The position numbers were made by a program, and so were the translations under genes. Shown in pieces: positions 35,435 through 44,394 of a DNA stretch of 64,000 nucleotides (positions are counted from its first letter, which is position 1; the number at the start of each line of letters is the position of its first letter). The stretch lies in contig JAZUAF010000009.1 in the NCBI GenBank assembly GCA_045637865.1, positions 1,059-65,058 on the forward strand, in the 5' to 3' direction. Below the pieces are notes generated by a model. It worked only from the letters and a program-made list of their open reading frames with translations, was not told where the DNA came from and made no database searches. Source of the stretch: Christensenellaceae bacterium (GTDB lineage: Bacteria > Bacillota > Clostridia > Christensenellales > Borkfalkiaceae).

Positions 35435-36451
35435 TTACATCATATCAATAATAGTTTCGTAGATTTTGCCTTGCTTTTCAAACTGTTCGCTCAAATTTGC
35501 AAAAACCTCTTTAACGTCACTATACTTTGCTTGGTTAAGCTTTAGGTGTGAAAAATCTATCGCCTTGTTCGCAATTAAGTTGATGCTTGCGCCAGTGTTT
35601 CCAAAGCCGGAGTTTACGCAAAGAATATCAAGCTGTTTTTTAACTGCCTGTGAAAAGGATACAGGACTACTTTTATAAAACTCACCTGTAAAGGCAATCT
35701 GTGCGTGAGACCTTGCAAGGGCAAAGGCTTTGCCGGTGGGAATGTTTGAATCGGAAATATAAATAATTTTGTCCGTCATTCTGCCACTAGTTATTGATAG
35801 AACTTCCTTTTGCCAGTTGTCACCGGGACCTAAAACGTAGTAAATGCCACTCTTTTTTGCAATCTCGTAATCTTCTTCATCAAGCGTCATAATAATTGGA
35901 ACTGCTTGGTAATAGATTAATAATTGTGCAAAAATGTTTCCAAAATTGTTTGCACCGAGAACGGCAACGTAATCACCTTTTTGAATGCCTAATTTATCGA
36001 ATATAGATACGGCTAAAGAAATGTGGTCGATAAAAAGTGATTCAAAATCGGAAACACTTGAGGGGAGTGTGAAAAGTTTATCTGGTGACGCTGAAATAAA
36101 ATCACTTAAGAACCCGTCGAAATCCTCACCTGCAAAAAGAAGGTTTGAACATTTAGAATATTCGCCACGCTTGCAATTGTAGCATTCATCACAAGACCTA
36201 GTTGGGTCAATATAAATGTGTTTACCTTTTTGCAATCCAAAAAGATTGGCGTCAGTCTCGGTAACGATGCCAATTCCAGAGCCTCCTAAAACAACCTCAC
36301 TTGAGTCTAGCTCACCACGGTATCTCAAAACGTCGGATAAAGTAATGAGAGCCTTGTTGATTTTTACCTTAGACTGTGCTTGTTCGGTAGAAACTTCAGG
36401 TATATCCTTTTCCTCGAGGGTAAAGGGCTTTGTTATCTTATAGCCTTTCAT
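35435..36451 (-). CDS. Medium-chain dehydrogenase/reductase (zinc-ADH fold) family protein lacking the catalytic-zinc ligands
   Basis: The structural-zinc motif CDECYNCKRGEYSKC is present. Positions aligned to the catalytic Cys and the His-Glu read LITLSDV and LGGSGIG. The Rossmann motif reads LGANNFGN. Confidence 0.7.
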   Translation of the reverse strand: MKGYKITKPFTLEEKDIPEVSTEQAQSKVKINKALITLSDVLRYRGELDSSEVVLGGSGIGIVTETDANLFGLQKGKHIYIDPTRSCDECYNCKRGEYSKCSNLLFAGEDFDGFLSDFISASPDKLFTLPSSVSDFESLFIDHISLAVSIFDKLGIQKGDYVAVLGANNFGNIFAQLLIYYQAVPIIMTLDEEDYEIAKKSGIYYVLGPGDNWQKEVLSITSGRMTDKIIYISDSNIPTGKAFALARSHAQIAFTGEFYKSSPVSFSQAVKKQLDILCVNSGFGNTGASINLIANKAIDFSHLKLNQAKYSDVKEVFANLSEQFEKQGKIYETIIDMM

Positions 36452-36585
36452 GCAATCTCCAAAAATCAGAAATTTAATTCATTGTACTACAAAAAAATAA
36501 AAAAAGCAACTAAAAAGCAACGGTAGCTACAAATTAAAAAATTTATAAAAAATCAAAAAACCTTCAAAAAAGCGTATGATAACAG

Positions 36586-36614
36586 TTGACTAAATTGTAA
36601 AAATATAATATAAT
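36586..36614 (+). promoter_or_regulatory. Sigma-A promoter of rpmE
   Basis: TTGACT (36586-36591), 17-nt spacer, TATAAT (36609-36614). Confidence 0.7.
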
Positions 36615-36644
36615 TATGCGGTAAATATTAAGAGAGGTGCTTAT

Positions 36645-36854
36645 ATGAAAGATAGTATACATCCCGATTATCACGAGGTAACTGTAGTTTGCGCTTGCGG
36701 TGAAACTTTCAAAACTGGCTCCACCAAAAAAGGGGACGTTATTAAAGTAGATATTTGTAGCAAATGTCATCCTTACTTTACCGGTAAACAGAAACTTGTT
36801 GATACCGGTGGCCGCGTTGATAAGTTCAACAAGAGATACGGCAAGGCAAAATAG
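36645..36854 (+). CDS. rpmE: 50S ribosomal protein L31 (Cys-containing type A)
   Basis: It contains MKDSIHPDY..., and CACG ... [10 protein letters not shown]. Confidence 0.95.
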   Translation: MKDSIHPDYHEVTVVCACGETFKTGSTKKGDVIKVDICSKCHPYFTGKQKLVDTGGRVDKFNKRYGKAK

Positions 36855-36869
36855 TTTTTCTGTATTAAA

Positions 36870-36907
36870 GGCTTTAAGGGTATTCGTACGCTTAAAGCCA
36901 TTTTTTT
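36870..36907 (+). terminator. Intrinsic terminator after rpmE
   Basis: 9-bp stem GGCTTTAAG (36870-36878) / CTTAAAGCC (36891-36899) followed by T7 (36901-36907). Confidence 0.8.
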
Positions 36908-36933
36908 ACGTAAAAAATTTATAAGGCTAAAAA

Positions 36934-38724
36934 ATGGCAAAAAAAGAAAAGATTAATAAGGTTTCCATCGGTGGGCAGGCAGTTCTAGAAGGCGTTATGA
37001 TGCGTGGTCAAACTGCTATGGCTACAGCCGTTAGAGACGGAGACGGTATTATCCGTTTGGAAACGAAACGCTTAAAAAGTAAAAAAAATTTTTTTTGTAA
37101 ACTGCCAATTGTAAGAGGGGTAGTTTCTTTCGTGCAGTCTTTATTCGGGGGAACAGCCGTTCTTATGCGCTCGGCTGACGTTTACGGAGAGGGAGAGCCT
37201 TCTAAGTTTGAAAAATGGATGGCTGAAAGGCTTAAGGTAAACGTAATGAGCGTTGTTGGTTTTCTTTCGTTGGTGTTAGGTCTTGCGCTTGCCGTTTTTC
37301 TTTTTATGTGGCTTCCACAGACGCTTAGAGGGGTGCTAGAGTCCCTTTTTGCAACCAAATTTGACGTTTGGGCAATGAATTTTATCGAGGGTGGATTAAA
37401 ACTTTTAGTATTCGTTTTATATATACTTTTAACGAGTTTATTAAAAGATATTCGCCGTACCTTTATGTATCACGGGGCAGAGCATAAAACTATAACCTGC
37501 TATGAAAAAGGCTTGCCTTTAACTGTTGAAAATGCCAAAAAGTGCAAACGCGTTCACGATAGGTGTGGAACAACATTTATCGTTTTCGTTATGCTTATTA
37601 GTATATTAGTTTTTGCACTATTTGAAAGCGTGCTTAGTAGCTACGATATTAAGATGCATAATGCCGTTAGGATACTGCTCAAGGTGGCTTTTTTGCCACT
37701 TATTGCAGGGCTTTCTTACGAACTGCTTAAAGCTCTTTCTAGAACTGATTGTTTTATTTTTTATCCATTGAAGTTGCCGGGATTATTGCTTCAAAAAATT
37801 ACCACGCGTGAGCCAGATGACGAAATGCTTGAAGTGGCAATAACGGCATTTATTAAGGTTCTGGAGATGGATAAAGACGCAACTATTGAAGAGGTTACCT
37901 TCACAGTGCCTAAAAAGAGAAAAGAGATTTTAGCAGAAGTTAAGGCTGAACTCTTAAAAGCTGGTATCGAAGAGGAGGCTGAAGCAGAATGGATAGTTGC
38001 ACTAACTCTCGGTATAAAGAGAGATGAGCTTGATTTAGATAAGTTAGTTTCTTGTAAGAATATCGATATAATTGACGGAATAGTTAAAGAAAGAATCACT
38101 GGTAGACCTCTTTGCTATTGTTTAGGTGATACTGAGTTTTTGGGTTATAAAATTAAGGTGGACGAAAGGTGTTTAATTCCACGCCCCGAAACGGAAATTT
38201 TAGCAGAAAAAACTATTGAACTTTGTGAGAAAGATAAGTCCGTTTTAGACCTTTGTACGGGAAGTGGGGCGATTGCTATTTCTATAAGGAAGCAAACCTC
38301 AGCAAGCGTTGTTGCGACGGATATTTCTGAAAAAGCGTTAGAGATTGCAAGAGAAAACGCGCTTCTTAACGAGGTGGAAATTGAATTTTTGCAGGGCGAT
38401 ATGTTTAGCTCAGTAGGGAATAGAAAATTCGATATAATAGTTAGTAACCCTCCGTATATTAAAAGAGAAGATATAAACTCTTTGCAGAGAGAGGTTAAAG
38501 ATTTTGAGCCGATGTCTGCGCTTGACGGTGGAGCTGACGGATTAGACTTTTACAGGGTGATTGCAAAAGAGGCAAAAGAACATCTTAACGAGGGAGGAGT
38601 ACTTCTTTTAGAGGTTGGGTTTGACCAAGCGATAGAAGTTAAGAACCTTCTTGAGGGATTTAAGAGTATAGAAATAATTAAAGATTACGAAAATATAGAT
38701 AGGATAGTAAAGGCGGTACTTTAA
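36934..38724 (+). CDS. prmC: Fusion protein: DUF1385-type membrane domain + release-factor glutamine methyltransferase PrmC
   Basis: The N-terminal ~310 aa look like DUF1385 ([23 protein letters not shown], hydrophobic helices). The C-terminal ~280 aa are PrmC/HemK ([25 protein letters not shown]). It is one uninterrupted 596-codon frame. Confidence 0.85.
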   Translation: MAKKEKINKVSIGGQAVLEGVMMRGQTAMATAVRDGDGIIRLETKRLKSKKNFFCKLPIVRGVVSFVQSLFGGTAVLMRSADVYGEGEPSKFEKWMAERLKVNVMSVVGFLSLVLGLALAVFLFMWLPQTLRGVLESLFATKFDVWAMNFIEGGLKLLVFVLYILLTSLLKDIRRTFMYHGAEHKTITCYEKGLPLTVENAKKCKRVHDRCGTTFIVFVMLISILVFALFESVLSSYDIKMHNAVRILLKVAFLPLIAGLSYELLKALSRTDCFIFYPLKLPGLLLQKITTREPDDEMLEVAITAFIKVLEMDKDATIEEVTFTVPKKRKEILAEVKAELLKAGIEEEAEAEWIVALTLGIKRDELDLDKLVSCKNIDIIDGIVKERITGRPLCYCLGDTEFLGYKIKVDERCLIPRPETEILAEKTIELCEKDKSVLDLCTGSGAIAISIRKQTSASVVATDISEKALEIARENALLNEVEIEFLQGDMFSSVGNRKFDIIVSNPPYIKREDINSLQREVKDFEPMSALDGGADGLDFYRVIAKEAKEHLNEGGVLLLEVGFDQAIEVKNLLEGFKSIEIIKDYENIDRIVKAVL

Positions 38725-39800
38725 TGTTTAAGAAACTTGACAAAATGTTAGATAGGTTTAATAAACTTAACGAGCTTGTATCAGATGCAGACGTTATTTC
38801 AAGGATGGATGAATGGACGGCTTACTCTAAAGAGCTTGCAGACATTACCGAAACGGTGGAAAAATACACCGAATACAAAAAGGTAAAGGGTGAAATTGAA
38901 GATTTATCAGAGGCTATTCCTTTGGAAAAAGATGCTGAAATGAAAGCTTTGATGGAGGAGGAATCGCTCGAATTAAAGAAAAGATTAGAGGAAATCTCAG
39001 CAGAGCTTAGAATTCTTCTTATTCCTAAGGACCCTGACGACGATAAAAACGTTATTATGGAAATTAGAGCCGGTGCAGGTGGAGAGGAAGCAAGCCTTTT
39101 TGCCTACGAGCTTTATAGGTTATACGTTAAATACGCAGAGAAGAACCGTTTGAAAACGGAGGAAATAGAAAACAACTCCACTGAACTCGGTGGCATAAAG
39201 GAAGTGATTTTTTCCATTACTGGAAAATCGGCTTTCGCTAAACTTAAATATGAAAGTGGCGTTCATAGAGTTCAGCGTGTGCCCGAAACGGAGTCGCAGG
39301 GCAGAGTGCACACTTCAACAGCAACGGTGGCAGTGCTCCCAGAGGCAACCGACGTGGAAATTCATATTGATGAAAAGGATTTAAAGGTTGACACGCTTAG
39401 GTCAAGTGGCGCTGGTGGACAACACGTTAATAAAACTGAATCTTGTATTAGACTTACCCACTTGCCTACCGGTATTGTAGTTTTGTGTCAAGACGAGAGG
39501 TCGCAAACCAAAAACCGTGAAAAAGCAATGAAGGTTTTAAAGAGTAGACTTTATGATTATTATCAGTCTCAGGCAGATAAGGAGTATTCCGATAATCGTC
39601 GTAGTCAGGTAGGAACTGGTGATAGGTCTGAGAGAATAAGAACTTACAACTTCCCACAAGGCAGAGTAACCGACCATAGAATAGGCTTTACGCTGTATTC
39701 ACTTGATACGTTTATGATGGGTGATATTGACGAAATGGTTGAAGCACTCGCTATAGCTGATAGGGAAAGTAAACTCGCTGCAGGTTTTGATGAGGAATAA
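38724..39800 (+). CDS. prfA: Peptide chain release factor 1
   Basis: It has the RF1-type tripeptide region ([13 protein letters not shown]) and the GGQ motif ([14 protein letters not shown]). The start overlaps the prmC stop (TAATG). Confidence 0.95.
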   Translation: MFKKLDKMLDRFNKLNELVSDADVISRMDEWTAYSKELADITETVEKYTEYKKVKGEIEDLSEAIPLEKDAEMKALMEEESLELKKRLEEISAELRILLIPKDPDDDKNVIMEIRAGAGGEEASLFAYELYRLYVKYAEKNRLKTEEIENNSTELGGIKEVIFSITGKSAFAKLKYESGVHRVQRVPETESQGRVHTSTATVAVLPEATDVEIHIDEKDLKVDTLRSSGAGGQHVNKTESCIRLTHLPTGIVVLCQDERSQTKNREKAMKVLKSRLYDYYQSQADKEYSDNRRSQVGTGDRSERIRTYNFPQGRVTDHRIGFTLYSLDTFMMGDIDEMVEALAIADRESKLAAGFDEE

Positions 39801-39856
39801 TACTGCATTAAAATAAAAAATTTGCTAATAAAATGCAAGAAATTTTTAAAACACTA

Positions 39857-39885
39857 TTGTAATTTTAGAAAAAGTGTTATACAAT
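39857..39885 (+). promoter_or_regulatory. Sigma-A promoter of the mini P-loop gene
   Basis: TTGTAA (39857-39862), 17-nt spacer, TACAAT (39880-39885). Confidence 0.6.
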
Positions 39886-39919
39886 ATAGACACGGAGAAA
39901 ATTCCGAGGAGGAAATTTA

Positions 39920-40324
39920 ATGAAAATCATATACGGACCAAAAGGAACAGGTAAAACCAAAGCAATTATTGATAGTGCTAACGAGGCTTCTTTAGAAGCT
40001 AAAGGGCACGTGATATTTATTACCGACACTAAGAGATATTCCCCCGACATTAAAATTCAGATTAGATTGCTCGACGTAACGGGTTTTGAAATTCAGGGTG
40101 AGGACGGACTTCGTGGTTTTATCAAAGGCATAGTTGCAGCTAATGGTGACAATGAATACATATTTGTTGACGGAATTGCAAGAATTGCTGGTAAACCCTT
40201 ATCCGAGCTTGGCAATATATTTGCAGCTATGGAAAAACTTGAAAAAGACTATGGTGTTAAGTTTGTGCTTACTTGTAGTGCTGCTAAAGAAGATTTACCC
40301 GACTTTGTGGCAAAATACTTATAA
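39920..40324 (+). CDS. Minimal P-loop NTPase-like protein (134 aa), function unknown
   Basis: Walker A GPKGTGKT lies at residues 6-13 and a Walker B-like YIFVDG at about residue 80. It has a strong RBS GAGGAGG plus its own promoter and terminator. Confidence 0.55.
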   Translation: MKIIYGPKGTGKTKAIIDSANEASLEAKGHVIFITDTKRYSPDIKIQIRLLDVTGFEIQGEDGLRGFIKGIVAANGDNEYIFVDGIARIAGKPLSELGNIFAAMEKLEKDYGVKFVLTCSAAKEDLPDFVAKYL

Positions 40325-40340
40325 TTAATAGCTAAATATA

Positions 40341-40369
40341 TTGATTTTTGTGGCTAAAAAGTGTAAAAT
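40341..40369 (+). promoter_or_regulatory. Putative sigma-A promoter upstream of thrC
   Basis: TTGATT (40341-40346), 17-nt spacer, TAAAAT (40364-40369). Confidence 0.45.
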
Positions 40370-40402
40370 AATATTCGGAAAGTAATTTCCGAATATTTTT
40401 TG
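40370..40402 (+). terminator. Intrinsic terminator-shaped hairpin between the mini P-loop gene and thrC
   Basis: 12-bp stem AATATTCGGAAA (40370-40381) / TTTCCGAATATT (40386-40397) followed by a T-run. It ends 18 nt before the thrC ATG. Confidence 0.75.
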
Positions 40403-40419
40403 TTTTAAGGAATACCAAT

Positions 40420-41898
40420 ATGAAATTTTTAAGCACGAGAGGTAGGGACGAAGCATTAAACGGAGCAGAGGCAATCGCAAGAGGGTTAGCTCATGACGGG
40501 GGGCTTTTCGTTCCAGAAATTTTCCCTTCCGTTTACAGTAGAATTGACGAGCTTTTGGAAAAGGATTATGCGGGAAGGGCTTCTATTGTTATCGGCAGTT
40601 TTCTAGATGAGTATGACAAGGATAGGCTTCTCTCGGCTTGTGAAAGTGCATATTCGAGATTTGAAGAAAACGATGTTGCACCTGTTGTTAGAGTGGATGA
40701 AGATTTGTATATTATGGAACTTTTCCACGGACCTACGCTAGCTTTTAAGGACGTTGCCTTAACTCTACTGCCTTATCTTTTGAGAGAGGGGGCAACTATT
40801 TCTGGAATAAAGGAGGAAATTCTTATTCTAGTTGCAACGAGTGGGGACACGGGTAAGGCTGCACTCTCGGGATTTCAAGATGCTGAAGGTATAAAAATTA
40901 TGGTTTTCTACCCCAGTGAGGGTGTTAGCGATATGCAAAAGCTTCAAATGTGCACGCAGGATGGAAAAAACGTTAACGTCGTTGCAGTTAAGGGAAACTT
41001 TGACGACTGCCAAACTGCCGTTAAAAAGATTTTCTCTGATGAAAAATACAATGCTGAATTAAAGGAAAAGGGAGTTGTTCTATCAAGTGCAAACTCCATT
41101 AACTTTGGTAGACTCGTTCCACAAATCACCTACTATTTCTCTGCTTACTGCGATATGGTGAATGCCGGAGAGATAGAAAAGGGCGATAAAATTAATTTTG
41201 TAGTGCCAACGGGCAACTTTGGCAATATTCTTGCAGGATATTACGCTAAGAAAATGGGACTTCCCATAGGTAAGCTCGTTTGTGCTTCAAACTCAAACAA
41301 CGTTTTAACGGAATTCTTTGCAGAAGGCAGTTACGACGCGAATAGAGAATTTTTCAAAACGGCTTCTCCATCTATGGATATTTTGGTTTCAAGCAATTTG
41401 GAGCGTTTGCTTTTTGAAATATCGGGAAGAGACGCAGAAGTGACAGCGAAAAGAATGGAGGAACTCAAGAAGCAAGGTAAATATACCGTTAAAGAATCAG
41501 AGGTGGAAGCTTTAGCCAAGGAGTTTTTTGCAGATTTTGCAGATGAAGAGGAATGCTTCGACACTATAACTGATTTCTTTGAAGAATACGGATACGTTTT
41601 AGACCCACATACTGCTGTTGCAATAAACGTTTGTGAGAAGTTTAAGAGCTATTCTGACGACCAGTTAAAAACGGTAGTTCTTTCCACTGCGAGTCCATAT
41701 AAATTCCCTCAAAGCGTAATTAAATCAATTATCGGCAAGAATGTTGCAGATGCGTTTACTGCGAGCGCAAAGTTGGAAGCTGAAACGGGAATGCCTATGC
41801 CAGAGGAAATAAAAGCGTTAAAGACTAAAGAAAAACGCTTTAGTAAAGTTATTGAAAGAACGGAAACGTTAAAAGCCGTTGATGAATTTATAAAGTAA
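40420..41898 (+). CDS. thrC: Threonine synthase (long form)
   Basis: 492 aa with the PLP-lysine context GPTLAFKDVAL and the TSGDTG block. Confidence 0.9.
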   Translation: MKFLSTRGRDEALNGAEAIARGLAHDGGLFVPEIFPSVYSRIDELLEKDYAGRASIVIGSFLDEYDKDRLLSACESAYSRFEENDVAPVVRVDEDLYIMELFHGPTLAFKDVALTLLPYLLREGATISGIKEEILILVATSGDTGKAALSGFQDAEGIKIMVFYPSEGVSDMQKLQMCTQDGKNVNVVAVKGNFDDCQTAVKKIFSDEKYNAELKEKGVVLSSANSINFGRLVPQITYYFSAYCDMVNAGEIEKGDKINFVVPTGNFGNILAGYYAKKMGLPIGKLVCASNSNNVLTEFFAEGSYDANREFFKTASPSMDILVSSNLERLLFEISGRDAEVTAKRMEELKKQGKYTVKESEVEALAKEFFADFADEEECFDTITDFFEEYGYVLDPHTAVAINVCEKFKSYSDDQLKTVVLSTASPYKFPQSVIKSIIGKNVADAFTASAKLEAETGMPMPEEIKALKTKEKRFSKVIERTETLKAVDEFIK

Positions 41899-41933
41899 AT
41901 TTCAACTATTATTCAATAAAGGTGTAGTATAAT

Positions 41934-42938
41934 ATGGAAGAAAAAAAGGTTTTATTTTCGGCTATTCAGCCGAGTGGTATACTTACAATAGGCAACTATT
42001 TAGGTGCACTTAAAAATTTTAGGAAGCTCCAGAGCGATTACTTGAGTATTTTTTCTCTTGCTGACTTACATACTTTAACCGTTAAGCAAGACCCTGCAGT
42101 TTTAAGAAAAAATATTTACGAGCTCACGGCGCTTTATCTTGCGTGTGGAATAGATATTAACGAGTCAATACTCTTTGCTCAATCTCATGTTTCAGCACAC
42201 ACAGAGCTCGGTTGGGTGCTCAATACAATCTGTTATCCCGGTGAGCTTTCTAGAATGACTCAATTTAAGGATAAAAGTAGAAAACACGAAGATAATATTA
42301 ATATGGGGCTTATGGACTATCCTGTACTTATGGCTGCAGATATTTTGCTCTATCAAACTGAACTTGTTCCTATCGGTGCAGACCAAAAGCAACATCTTGA
42401 GCTTGCAAGAGATTTGGCTATTAGGTTTAACAACAGATATTCTGAGACCTTTAAGATTCCCGAGCCTTATATCGGCAAATCGGCAGCAAGAGTAATGAGC
42501 CTTGCTGAACCGGATAGAAAGATGAGCAAGTCGGATAGTAACCTCAATGCCTTTATTTCAATGGACGACGACCCTGATACTGTCAGAAGAAAATTCAAGC
42601 GCGCAGTAACGGATAGCGACGATAAGATTATCTTCTCAGAGGCCAAGAAGGGAATTAGTAATCTTTTAACTATTTATTCGGCTTTTACGGATAAAACCAT
42701 CAAAGAGGCTGAGGCTGAGTTTGAGGGCAAAGGATATGGGGAATTCAAGAGCGCAGTAGGGGAAGCAGTTATTGAAACTATTGAGCCTATAAGACAGGAA
42801 AAAAATAGGTTGTTAGCAGATAAAGGCTATCTTGACGACGTGCTTAAAACGGGTGCAGAAAGGGCAGAGAGAATTGCCTATAGAACGCTTGGTAAGGTTT
42901 ATAAAAAAGTTGGCTTAGTGCCTAGAAAAAGAGGGTAA
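41934..42938 (+). CDS. trpS: Tryptophan--tRNA ligase
   Basis: It has the class I motifs (GIQPSG-like FSAIQPSGILTIGNYLGA, and KMSKS). Confidence 0.95.
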   Translation: MEEKKVLFSAIQPSGILTIGNYLGALKNFRKLQSDYLSIFSLADLHTLTVKQDPAVLRKNIYELTALYLACGIDINESILFAQSHVSAHTELGWVLNTICYPGELSRMTQFKDKSRKHEDNINMGLMDYPVLMAADILLYQTELVPIGADQKQHLELARDLAIRFNNRYSETFKIPEPYIGKSAARVMSLAEPDRKMSKSDSNLNAFISMDDDPDTVRRKFKRAVTDSDDKIIFSEAKKGISNLLTIYSAFTDKTIKEAEAEFEGKGYGEFKSAVGEAVIETIEPIRQEKNRLLADKGYLDDVLKTGAERAERIAYRTLGKVYKKVGLVPRKRG

Positions 42939-42944
42939 GGGTTA

Positions 42945-43808
42945 ATGTTCGGATACGTTAAAAGTGATGTTCCAAATATGTACGTTAAAGATACTGTTCT
43001 CTATAAAGCCTTGTATTGTGGTCTTTGTAAGGGGATTGGTAAAACCTGTGGAACAAAGGCAAGGTTTACTTTAAGCTACGATTTGGCATTTCTATCGGCA
43101 TTGCTTCATAACGTCACGGGAAAGGACGTGAAGGTGGAGAAGCAACACTGCGTGATACATCCGATAACCAAAAGACCAATTGCTGAAGTAGACGAATTAA
43201 CAAGACGTTTAGCTACCCTCAACGTAATATTGGCTTATTATAAAACGGAGGATGCCGTTACAGACCGTGAGGGGGGAAGATTTAAAAGAGCAATCTTTAA
43301 GTCTTCGTATAAAAAGGCGAAAAAGCTAGAGCCTGAAATGGATGAGATAGTTAAAAAAAGATATGCAGAGCTTCGAAAGATAGAGCTTGATGGAGTAGAT
43401 AGTATTGATATCTCTGCAGACCCTTTTGGAAATATAATTAAGGATTTATCTAAGCTTTTAGCAGGCGAAGATTACACCGAAGAACTTGGTGAATTGTGCT
43501 ACAATTTAGGCAAGTGGGTATATCTAATAGATGCTTTAGATGACTACGATAAGGACGTTAAGAAAAAAAGCTTTAATGTTTTCGTTAACCTATTTAAGTG
43601 CGAAAATAAGCAACAATTAATTTCCGAAAAAGGTCAAGAAATTATAGCTTGTTTGAGCCCATCACTTATGAAAATGGGTGAGCTATCAACTAAAATCAAT
43701 TATAAATTCAATCACGACCTTTGCGATAATATTTTGCAAAGAGGGTTGATTTCTGAAACCAAGAGAATAATGGAGAATAAAAAATGCAAGACATCTACAA
43801 AATTTTAG
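42945..43808 (+). CDS. DUF5685-like protein (conserved CGLC motif), function unknown
   Basis: 287 aa. The N-terminus MFGYVKSDVPNMYVKD..YKALYCGLCK matches my recollection of DUF5685. A second HC.IH motif is present. Confidence 0.55.
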   Translation: MFGYVKSDVPNMYVKDTVLYKALYCGLCKGIGKTCGTKARFTLSYDLAFLSALLHNVTGKDVKVEKQHCVIHPITKRPIAEVDELTRRLATLNVILAYYKTEDAVTDREGGRFKRAIFKSSYKKAKKLEPEMDEIVKKRYAELRKIELDGVDSIDISADPFGNIIKDLSKLLAGEDYTEELGELCYNLGKWVYLIDALDDYDKDVKKKSFNVFVNLFKCENKQQLISEKGQEIIACLSPSLMKMGELSTKINYKFNHDLCDNILQRGLISETKRIMENKKCKTSTKF

Positions 43809-44392
43809 GCGTTTCTGAAGACGCTACTATGGAAGAAATTGAAATTGCCTACAAGGAGAAAAAAGAAAGGTATTCTAAAGAGAGATTTCTAGAGGGGGCA
43901 GATGGAAATGAGGCTGCAAGAAAATTAACTCTTCTAGAAAATGCCTATGCTGAAATTAAGGCGCAGAGAGAAGAGAGTAGTAACAGTAGTTACGCTGATA
44001 TTGAGAAGGCTATAAGAGCAGGGGACGTTGCCCTCGCTCAGGAGAAATTAGACTTGTACTCTCTAAGAGATGCAGAGTGGCATTATCTTCAATCGGTAGT
44101 TTTTTACAAGAAAAATTGGATAAACGAAAGTAAAAAACAGCTTGAAATTGCAATGAGTATGGAGCCTAACAATAAAAAATATTCAAACGCATATACCAAG
44201 CTTAAAGAAAAAATCGCTTTCAATGAAAGGCAATTTCAATCTGGTAGTGCTACCAATCAGGCTGAAAACAACGCTGACCAACAGAGACAAATGGGTGGAG
44301 GTGGAGTTAACGATTGTTGTTCGTGGTGCGCAACGTGGTGCTGTATGAACGCAGTGTTTAACCTTTGCCTTAATATGTGCTGTGGCTGTTAA
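43784..44392 (+). CDS. J-domain-like protein lacking HPD, with TPR-like middle and C-terminal cysteine-string tail
   Basis: The N-terminus DIYKILGVSEDATMEEIEIAYKEKKERY resembles J-domain helices I-II, but SKE replaces HPD. The tail CCSWCATWCCMNAVFNLCLNMCCGC has 9 Cys in 25 residues. It overlaps the upstream gene by 25 nt. Confidence 0.6.
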   Translation: MQDIYKILGVSEDATMEEIEIAYKEKKERYSKERFLEGADGNEAARKLTLLENAYAEIKAQREESSNSSYADIEKAIRAGDVALAQEKLDLYSLRDAEWHYLQSVVFYKKNWINESKKQLEIAMSMEPNNKKYSNAYTKLKEKIAFNERQFQSGSATNQAENNADQQRQMGGGGVNDCCSWCATWCCMNAVFNLCLNMCCGC

Positions 44393-44394
44393 AG

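Noticed and set aside
41899-41933. An expected T-box or other leader upstream of trpS.
   Set aside because: The gap to thrC is only 35 nt, with no room for a T-box. trpS appears to be co-transcribed with thrC.
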